Below the pieces are notes generated by a model that was given only the letters and a program-made list of their open reading frames with translations, was not told where the DNA came from and searched no databases. Shown one piece after another: positions 30,292 to 64,000 of a stretch of 64,000 bases of DNA. Location: the NCBI RefSeq assembly GCF_009914755.1, contig NC_060925.1. One strand, given 5' to 3'. The translations under genes were made by a program, and so were the position numbers. Position 1 is the stretch's first letter. The number at the start of each line of letters is the position of its first letter. The stretch comes from the human T2T-CHM13v2.0 reference genome, Homo sapiens.

Positions 30292-31900
30292 TCCCGGCTG
30301 GGTGGGCCTGGCCCCTTCTCCTCTGGGGAAGACCTTGTCCCAACTCGATGGGCACAGCCAGCCAACCTAAGACTATGTTGGTACTTGGACTTGTTCGTGC
30401 CCCAGAGATGGGCAAAGCTGTGCACTTGCAGATACATTCATGAGGGGAGAGGCGCCCTCCCTTCCTGAGGAGCTGTTGGCCTGGGTGGGCAGGAACTGCA
30501 GTATGGCCATGGGCTGAGCAGGCTGAGCACCTCAGCCTTTAGGGCTTATGGCCAGGGGACACTGTATGACTCTCCTCTCCTGCAGGTGTCTATCCACCTG
30601 GGGTATGGCATCTACCGACCTGTCTCCCTGGGGTCACATGCTTTGTTTCCATTCTTGTCCTGGCTGGACCAGCCACTGTGGGACCAACACCCCTCCCACA
30701 CTCCCCCAGACTGCTCGTCTATCACCAGGATCGCTTTGTACTTTGTGCAAAAGGGTCTGGCTGTCCCTTGCTGTTTTCATCTCTGCCAAGCCTATTGTGC
30801 CTCTGGCTGCTGTATGTGTGCGCGTGCACGTGTGTGTGTTTCATCTGTTCATTCACTGCACAAGATATTTATTGAGTGCCCACTACGTGCCAGGCACTGT
30901 TGCTGAGTTCCTGTGGGTGTGTCTCTCGATGCCACTCCTGCTTCTCTGGGGGCCTCTTTCTGTGCTTCTCTTTGTCCCCAAATTGCTACCTCTTTGTCAG
31001 TCTGGGTGTCTCAGGTTCTGTGTGTCCTTGTGTGCATTTCTGTCTCTCTCTGTCCTCGTCTCTCTGCAAGGCCCTCTATTTCTCTCTTTCTTGGTGTCTG
31101 TCCTTTGCCCCCTGTGCCCTCTGGATTCTCTGGGTCTATGTAGGCCCCTGGTCTGCCCTGGGCTCATCAGCCTTCCTGACCTCCTCCTGCCCTCCCCTTC
31201 ACTCCCTCCCTGGCTCTGCCAGTCGGTTCCCACGGAGCCATTTTTAGCTCTGATCAGCATGGGAATGTGCCTCGGCCTCCAAGGGGCTTTGTCCTGGTGC
31301 CCCCGCCCCTGGTCCCAACCTGATCCCACGAGGGAGTTGGGACAGGAGGATTGATGGTGCTCCCCTTCCTGCCAGCGTCAGAGGCCCTGGAGAGGGGCTG
31401 TCCATGGCAGCTGGTCTTTATTCCTCCCTCATGAGCACAGGGTCGGGGGGGTCCCCATTCTTGGAAGAGGTTGAGAAGACTCCTGGGCTTCAGCCTCTCC
31501 CACCCAGCCCTGCCCCTCACCTGCCTGCCCTCCCCTCCCCCACTCTATACTAGGGACTGGATCTCAGCCTCTGATCAGTTTCACAAAGTTTGTTCCCTAA
31601 GGAAATCAAATCCCATTGTCACCTAACTCTGAAGATCTAAATAGCCCTTGGATCAGTACGGGAACCCCAAATCCCACAGGGCCAGATGTGGAGTCTGTGT
31701 CTGCCCCCGTCTTCTCTCCATCCTCAAAGCCCCCACTTCTCTCCAGGCTGTTTCTTTTTTTATGACTGTAAACATAGATAGTGCTTTATTTTGTTAATAA
31801 TAAGATAATGATGAGTAACTTAACCAGCACATTTCTCCTGTTTACACTCGGGGGATTTTTTTGTTTTCTGATGACATAATAAAGACAGATCATTTCAGAA
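30292..31900 (+). other. SOX13: SOX13 3' UTR (~1.6 kb)
   Basis: Runs from the stop codon to ~17 nt past AATAAA; AU-rich distal end; cleavage site approximate. Confidence 0.8.
31878..31883 (+). terminator. SOX13 polyadenylation signal AATAAA
   Basis: Canonical hexamer after U-rich upstream elements. Confidence 0.85.
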
Positions 31901-32289
31901 TCTGGCCCTTGTGCAGGGGAGGAGGGAGGCTGGCCTAAGTCCAGAATTCCCAAATATGCCACCAGCCTGGGCACCACTGTCCCCTGGTGGCAGCCTGCAG
32001 GAGCTTCAGGCCTGGGGCCTCAGAGGAATTGGCTTAATGCAAGGGAATCCCAGGCCAAGCTTGTGAGTGACACATTTCCTCCACAGAGCCCACGCTGAAT
32101 GCCCCTACCTTGACGAGGTGAGGCCACCCGGATCCTAAGAAAGAAGGCAGTAGTAAGAGCACTGTAATAGGAGTCATGAAGCTCGGGGTCTCTCTAGAAC
32201 TGGCCACATGGCTGGGGTTGGGGAGTGGGAGCCAGGTCTCTCCTTTGGGGCCTCATTGTCCTCATCTGACAACAAGATTAAACCTTATA

Positions 32290-32405
32290 CCTGGTTCTTA
32301 CCATTCAGAGAAGTAGCCCTTTGAGACTCTAATGAAAGCTGTGGATCCTTTTCTTAGAAAAGGGCCCACAAAGGTTTACCCTGAAGCCCATCTGAGGCCC
32401 CTACG
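32290..32405. mobile_element. MER117-like hAT fragment (second copy ~53655-53790)
   Basis: ccctttgagactctaatgaaagctgtggatcc...ctgaagcccatc resembles recalled MER117. Confidence 0.55.
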
Positions 32406-33365
32406 ATGCTAATTAATGAAGCAGGGTCTCTAATGATAATGCTTCAGGGCTCTCTATCCATGACACATGCTTTGAGTGAACACTTCAGACCTAGTTATCC
32501 CATTAGGAGAAGTAATAGGCCTGCAAGGGCTGGATGACAGACTGAAACACCTCAAAAATGCATATTAACCAGGCTCTAGAGAGACACATCTTGTAGTGAA
32601 AAATTAATCCCATCAGTATAGAGTGGGGACAGCAAAACCGAATGGCAGTAGTTCTTGTGGAAGAGTTGGACTTGGGCTGCATTAATAGAGGCTTGTGTTC
32701 ACAACAGGGGAGGTGATGGTCCAGTGTACCCCACACAGACCTAGTCCCAGGGGTAGCGTGCCCTTCCTCGCCCCCTCACTAGGGAAGTCTCACAATGGAG
32801 GGGCCCTGAAGCAGGCACCCCACATGGAGGAGCACAGGAGGGATCCTGGTGCACATTGTCCTTAGAGGAATAGTCAGAAGGGTCAGGTGTGTTTCCTCTA
32901 GAAAAGAAGACAGAGTTGGACAGAAAGGACAAGATTGCTTTCTCCAAAACTGCCAGGTGGGCAAAGTGTAGTATTGCACAAAGTTCATGAGGCAGAACTT
33001 GAGCTCCTGGATGAGGTTCAAGACTGTCTTGACATAAAGAACACCTTTTCCACAAAAAAGAGTGAACTTCCCAACTCAAGTCCTCAAGCTCTTGAGTACT
33101 GGTGGAGGGATTTCTAGATTGGAGAGGGTAGTGGTGAGAGAGGGTAGGTGTGGTGGTTGATTCTAGGGCCACAAAGTTGGGAGGGTGTGGAATGGAGACT
33201 GCCCAAGAATTAAGGGCCCAGCCATTTGGTATGGGGAGCGTCCTGAACGCTGGCTGGCTGTTTTTTCCCCAGCCCGGGTTCTCAGAGCCTCCTCTCCTTC
33301 GCCCTCCCCACGCCACGTCTGGAAAAGATGCAGGCAGAGGTGGGAGGAGGAGCTGGCGGCGGCGC

Positions 33366-33379
33366 CTGCCCCCTGGTGG
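33366..33379 (-). promoter_or_regulatory. CTCF core motif CCACCAGGGGGCAG in the SOX13-ETNK2 intergenic GC-rich patch
   Basis: Reverse complement of ctgccccctggtgg matches the CTCF consensus core; binding not demonstrated. Confidence 0.7.
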
Positions 33380-34144
33380 TCACGATGGAGAGCTGCCCAT
33401 TGCACCTCCCACTCCCCTCAGCCCTCTGCCCTCCGGCCCTCCGCTCTCCGCCCTCCCCTCTCCGCCCGCCCCTCTCGGCCCCCGGCCTCCTCCACTCCAC
33501 TGGTGGGTCCAAACCATGTCCTGCCAGTCTCAAGACTCTCCCAGCCTGGCTCATTCCCACCTGTCGGTCCTGAGTTCCTCTTCCCTCCCGCAAGTCCTCT
33601 TGTCTTGCCTGCCTTATTCCCTCTGCTGAGACACAGTTGCGGGTCCTGGAGCCCCACCCCTGTCTCATGAGAGGCAGGATGGGGCCAGGTGGTTGGAGAG
33701 GCCAGGAGCAGAGTGCTGTGGTCATTACCAGGAAAGCTGGGCTACAAGTTCGTCCCCTCCGTGCGTCTCCGGCAGAGACCGAGGGGCAGAGCCCGTTGGG
33801 AAGGTGAATGTGCCCAGGAGTCCTTTAACTAGAGCTCTTTGCTAAGAGTCCTGGAAGGGGCCCGAGGGGGTGGAACCCGGATCACACTGGGAGGCTCCCA
33901 GGCTTGGTGCTCAGCCAGGAGGACAGGAGTGCTGGTTAGCCTGGGGTGGCAGTGAAAGGAGCCAAGGTGGAACTCCCAGACTTTGAGGAACAGGGTTGTG
34001 TTCCCTGCCACCACACCGGCTCACTCCCCTGGAGGACTGGGGGAAGGAGAATGCTTTCTCAGAGGCGGCAGTGGGATGATGTCTGCTGTTAATTCCTTCC
34101 CATACAGATGGTGGTCAGGACCTTAGGGGCACAGGACAATACCC

Positions 34145-34161
34145 GGGGGGGGGGGGGGGGG
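34145..34161 (+). repeat. G17 homopolymer
   Basis: Read directly. Confidence 0.95.
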
Positions 34162-35219
34162 CTCTGTCCCAGCCATTCCCTACTCACCACTGCAACACTT
34201 ATCTCCAGCGCAACAGCATCAAGACCCAGGAGGCTGGAAACAAAGCTGGCTTCACAGTGTTAATTCTGCCCTCAATTCCAGAGGTGGCTCAGAGAGGAAG
34301 AAGGAGCGGGGACACTGCTATTTAGTCCAGACAGGTAGTGTCTATGATGACCACCTGACCCCACAGGTGACCCCAGGGGGCCCCTACCTGCCCAGCCCTG
34401 GCACCATCCCTACGCCTGGGCACCTCTTTCGCTCGTGTCCCCCCACTGTCACCCCCCGAGGCTGCTGCCCATGGAGGGCCTGGCTATGCTGGATCACCAT
34501 GACCTTGAAAGCTCCAGCTGCAGGTGCCAGCTCCAGTGGTTGCCATGGCACCAGGGTGCTTTTTGCAGGCAAAAGCCAAACAACCAGAGTCCACCTGGCA
34601 GGCTGCTGCTGCTGTTGCCTCTGCTGCCCCTAAGGGCACTGGGCACTTACTGGCAGGGGGGCAGTCCTGGAGCAGCTGCTGCCCAGTGCACAGCCTGGGA
34701 AGTATAGCCGGAGTGACTGGGCTGCCAAGAGGGGTGCCCCCTTCTCATCTTTGAGTTTCTGCTCTTCCTTCTGGCCTTCTGAAAAAGTGACGGATTGGTT
34801 CCAGAAATCACTCCTGCCTGTTCTCAGGCAGAGCAGCCCCTTCCCCACCCCACTGACAGCTGGGAGCCAGACATGACCGAGGAAGGTGTCCTGAGCACTT
34901 CTATTTAGAATGTCACTGGTTCATCTCCTGGGTCAACCAAAGTCCTTGTAATCCACAGCCTAGTTCCCCCTAAGCAGTGCTTTACCGGGTTTAACTGGTA
35001 GGTTCTACTAAGAGAGTCAAAGGCACAGAAGCTGAGTGAGAGAAATAGGGGGCCCTGCCCAGAGCCTTCGGAGCTAGGTGCACAGGAGGATGTGTGCAGG
35101 CGGCTACCTTGACTTCAGCATGAAGCCCAGGTGGAGGGGGGATATCAGGAGGGGTTACAGCACCCCTCAGCCCCCACGCAGGGGTCAGTTCCTCACCATT
35201 GTCACTCAAGACACAGCAG

Positions 35220-36341
35220 TCCGGAAATGAGCATTTTAATGCAGAAAGAAAACCATGATAATTTACAAATGAATCACTTTCTGGGCCAGAGCCAGGAAGG
35301 CCCCAGGAGCTGTGAGGGTAGAAAGGGAGGTGGAGGCTGTTGAGTGTCCGGGCAACCAGTTTAGTCAGCACCTTTCTGATGGGATCCTGCCCAGGCTCTC
35401 CCACGATAGGCCCTGGGGGGCCCTGGCCCCCACCCCATCCTCTTGGCTCCCTCTAGTCATTCCAGATAGGAAGACCTCGGGTCAGCTTCAGGACATAAAG
35501 TAGAGCTGGAGAGACATCCCTGGAAGGAGGGCCTGAGGGCCAGGGAGGGAACAAGGCAGGAGACTGCTGGTTCTGGTTTTGGCCACCTCACCCTTGGCCA
35601 CGTCCCCTCCGGCTAAGCCACAGCACAAAGCAGAGCCAGGCTCTGGAGGCCCAGGGCCTCACCACTCCCTCTCCTGTCCCCCCAGCAGGGGGACAAAACA
35701 GAAGCACAGGAGAGCACGTTGGGGAGCATGTTTCCTCGGGCTGAGGTTTGATTGGATCTGGTTTGGAGAAGGTGAGGGATCTCAGAGGAGGTGGCTGCTG
35801 GGGAAGATGTCATGCTCAATTCTTGGCCCCCACCCATCACCAAGATAGGTACATCCATGTGTCAGAGTTGGTGTGATGCTGGTTTGGAGCTCAGCACCTC
35901 CCACATGGGGCATGCAGGGGGAGACGGACTGGAGGCTCAGGGCACTGGAGGTAGAAAGGAGCCCTCCCCGCCTCCTTCCCCAGGCCAGGAAGGGGTAAAC
36001 ACACATATAAGGCAGCCCCAATTCCAGCAGGGCCTGAGGCTGGGAATGATGTGTTTCCCAGGGGTGGTTATGGTTCAGGACCTGGCTGCAGGCACTTCCT
36101 CCCAAGCCTGGTGGGGTGAAGGGGACCCCCGGAAGGGGGTCCTATCAGCCCCTCCAGACAGGAGAATGAGGTCTTCAGTGGCAACCACTGGGGTCTGGCG
36201 GCAGGGACAGAGCCTTCTCCCTGGACACCCATGTGTCCCCTCTCCCACCCTGTCCAAGGGTGTGGATCCCAGAGTGCAGAATTGAGCTCTGGAGAACAGG
36301 TCTGGCCAGACAGATGGGTAGGGGAGGGATGGGGTGGCTGG
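35220..36341 (-). other. ETNK2: ETNK2 3' UTR (~1.1 kb)
   Basis: From the stop to just past ATTAAA; GU-rich element (ctgctgtgtcttgagtg) downstream on the minus strand; end approximate. Confidence 0.75.
35235..35240 (-). terminator. ETNK2 polyadenylation signal ATTAAA
   Basis: tttaat on +; U-rich upstream and GU-rich downstream on the minus strand. Confidence 0.75.
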
Positions 36342-56000
<19,659 letters not shown>

Positions 56001-57349
56001 TCCCAGCAGCCCCACCCCCTCGGAGCCGCGGCAGACGCTAGCCCCGGCGGGGGGGTCCGGCGAGGGAGTGGGAGTGGTAGAGGAGGGGCCAGGGGAAGTC
56101 CATGACTCAGGCGCGAGCTGCCCGCTTCGATCGCCGGCTCGCGGCCCGCCGCCCACCGCCGACCCCGGAGCGCCGCGGCCCGCCGCGATTGTGACATCAC
56201 GGGCGGTGGCCCGCGGGAACGCCCCCGGCCCGCCCCCGCCCCGGCCCGCGGGCCGCTGGGGAGCTCAGCCAGCCACCGCCGGCAGCTGAGGCCGCCGCTA
56301 CCTGGAGCGCGGGGTGGGGGCGACGCCCCCCTGGGGGCCGGTGACGCCGGGGGTGGGGCCTCCGCTGGCTCCGCCCCGCCCGGGTCCCCGCCGGGGCTGG
56401 CTTCCCGGCCTCCGAGGCCGCGAGACTCCAGCTCTCTCCCGGTAGCCTGGGGTGGAGGCGGGGGAGGGCTCGTCCTGCGCCCCCACCTCATCCTGGAATA
56501 GAGAGATCCGCTGCTCCCACGACGTCAGCTTGGGCTCGCCCCTCTGTGCCCCTGCTCCGTGCCCCCAGTCCCCGGACCCCGGGAAATGGCTCTGCAGGGG
56601 CGGCCCCTGCTGCATCTCAAAGGTCCTTCCCTGCAGAGAGCCCCCCCCCACACCCAGGCAACCTCCCATCCCCGACAGAAACACACTGCATGAAGAGGGG
56701 ACATTGGGTGATAGCGTTGGGGTGAGAGTGTGCCAGTCCAGCAGACTGCGCTGTCCCCTGGCAGGCCACTGAACAGCCAGGGCGTTGGAGTGTTTGGGCA
56801 CATCCTGGGCAGGACTTGGGGCCAGACTGAGTTAAAGCCTCCCTCCCATCCTGAGCGTGTGAATGGAGCCAGGTAGCAGGCCAGCGGTGTACCCGAGCCC
56901 AGTGCTTTGCTTGGCATTCGGGGTGTGAAGTGGACAGACCCTCGCGCGTCCTGGGGAGGACAGCCAAATGCCTGGCGCAGCTAAGGGCCAAAGCAAGGCA
57001 TGGTGATGGCTGGGGGTGGGAAGGAAGGGGAAGGGGTGACAAGGTGTCCCGGGGCAGGTTGCTGTGGGGAGGAGACATGGAGAGAGGCCAGGCCGGCTCA
57101 GGGGGCAAGTCCCTCTACTAGCCAGATTCTCCTTTGGTCATTCTCTGCCACCTTCTGAGCAGGGCTCTGTTGGCTGCCAGCCCTATTTGTTGTAGTGAGG
57201 CCTCAGGGATCTCACTAGTCACTATCTCTCACTGCCCCACCCAGAAAAGCGCCTTCAGAGAAGGGGCCCTTTCCTATTTTCCCAGTTACCCCTTTGGCCT
57301 ATCCCGGAACCTCTCAACCGCAAGGCTCCTATGCTTACTGCGGTCCAGA

Positions 57350-57815
<466 letters not shown>

Positions 57816-58981
57816 AAGGAGATAATGGGGGTCGTGCCTGCCTTCCTAAGGTCCTGGAGCTCCAGGATGGAGCTGGAAAAGACACTGGCCACCAACACTT
57901 CCTTTGCAGTGAGGAAGTACAGCTATGCAGGACAAGGGAACATGGAGAATCAGTGGGAGTCCAGGGTCCTGAAGCCCAGGCTCCGGCTCTTGGCGCTACA
58001 CAGGGACTCTTGCAGATGGCTCCCAGAGGTACTGAGGGCCTGGTTGGGCCATTCAGTGCCTCACGACTTTCTGTCAAAAGAGAGGTGAGCAACTATGGTG
58101 AAGAGGGATGGCTTCAGTGGCTCCAGGTGGATGCTAATTTCTCATTCCCCAAGTTACATGTGCCCTGAAGACAGCCCAAGGAGTGAGAGTGGGAGAAGAG
58201 ACTTCAGCCTGACGAGTCCCAGGTGGATGGGATGGAGGATAGCAGTGTGTGTGTGCACCTGTGTGCTTGTGCACGTGGCCCTGTACCAGCGTGCGTGAAG
58301 CACTGTACTTATGACGGTACCAACTGCTTATGATAAGGTGGAAACCCCCAGGACCCAAGTCAGACGGGCTGGGTTCCAGTCTTGATTCTTCACTATCTTT
58401 CAGTATTCTTCACTACTTGATTCTTGACCGAGTAATCTTGGGCAAGGCCTTCCATTCTCTGGGCCTCAGTTTCCCCACCTGTAAAGTGGAAGTATTGCCT
58501 GGATCTCTGGTGTTCTATGATTTTAGGTGGTAGTGCCTTAGAATGCCTGTGTAAATGGCTACATGGGGCAGGGCGGGGGCATCTGCAGTGGATAAGGACA
58601 GCTGAGGGGAGTTTTGCAGGGACAAGAGACAGGGCTGACTAGCTCAGCAGAGCAGAGTCTGAACTCAGAGCTGGCTTCTGTGAGCTGGGAGAACTTTCTG
58701 ACCCACAGTCTACTGCCACAGCATTAGCCTTGGTCCCTGAGGGACTAGAGGGAGCTTGGTTCCGGCTCTTTTCAGACTTCCCACCTGAGGTTGTGTAAAC
58801 AGCTCCACCTGAGTCCCGTTGATGGCAGATGGATGGCATCATCCCTGCACGCAAGAACCTGTGCGCTAGGCGAATGTGTAGCTTGTCTGTGTCACATTCC
58901 TGTCCACACATGATCACGCAGCCCCTCCCTCTGTTCTAAACCCTAGTGAACCCAGATGCAACAGGCTGTGAACATGAAGTC

Positions 58982-58987
58982 TTTATT
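58982..58987 (-). terminator. REN polyadenylation signal AATAAA (3' UTR ~200 nt, C-rich)
   Basis: tttatt on +, ~180 nt after the stop. Confidence 0.88.
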
Positions 58988-59163
58988 CTCTTTGTCCTCA
59001 AAGCAGGGAAGGGCTGGTGCAGGGGTCAGGGCACGCATCCAGCAGGAGCTCCACATCCAATGTCTCCATCTGAGGGCATAAGCCCAGGCAGAGGGGCATC
59101 TCAGAGAGTGTTCCAGCTCTGGGCCAGGGCTGAAGGCAGGGCCTGCCTGGGTGGCAGAGGGCC

Positions 59164-63743
<4,580 letters not shown>

Positions 63744-64000
63744 CTGTGGGAGGAAGGACCAGAGGAGACCAAGCCCACTGCCCACTCCTTGGTTGGAGTC
63801 TGGTCTGGGCTTCCACACTAGGGATCCCAGGGGCACACATGCTCCAGGGTACAGAAATCGGGGTAAGAGTATTTCCTCAACCCTGCACGCACACACTCTG
63901 TGCCAATACACATCTCTGCTGCGGAGCCCAGAGAGAGCTAGAGTTGACCAGGGATCGGAGAGCAGAGGCTGAGAGGGTGGTCCTGCCAAGCAGCAAAAGA

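Noticed and set aside
30548-31354. 268-aa ORF in the SOX13 3' UTR
   Set aside because: Leu/Cys/Ser/Val/Pro-rich product of CT/TG low-complexity sequence that avoids stops; crosses an L2 fragment (~30845-30910); no domain; out of frame with the SOX13 stop. Ribo-seq or PhyloCSF support would be needed.
33150-33725. Overlapping 147-161 aa ORFs on both strands
   Set aside because: GC-rich low complexity with few stops; no recognisable domain; better explained as a regulatory element.

Overview
Primate (almost certainly human, chr1q32.1) genomic DNA, not prokaryotic; no CRISPR array, rRNA or tRNA seen. It holds three genes, rebuilt here exon by exon with GT-AG boundaries and consistent phases. 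(1) SOX13, + strand: 13 coding exons, 17070-30291, 1869 nt = 622 aa, SoxD HMG-box factor; poly(A) signal 31878; the first ~17 kb is the distal part of the upstream intron. (2) ETNK2, - strand: 8 coding exons, 56000-36342, 1161 nt = 386 aa, ethanolamine kinase 2; CpG-island promoter at ~55.4-56.5 kb; poly(A) signal 35240. (3) The 3' six exons of REN (renin), - strand, 63743-59164, including a 9-nt micro-exon. SOX13 and ETNK2 converge ~3.3 kb apart; REN lies in tandem ~2.8 kb upstream of ETNK2. The rest is Alu, L1, L2, MIR, MaLR and MER/Tigger repeats plus microsatellites. Repeat families were assigned from memory of consensus sequences and their boundaries are approximate. I find no convincing new biological system. 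The best leads are regulatory or structural: a strong-Kozak uORF in ETNK2, an NMD-escaping alternative ETNK2 C-terminus, an ERE overlapping the kinase catalytic motif, convergent CTCF motifs bracketing SOX13, a SOX/ETS motif cluster, a 3'UTR hairpin covering a miR-30 site, and a fold-back palindrome inside an Alu. Nearly all other listed ORFs are Alu-derived or GC/low-complexity artefacts.
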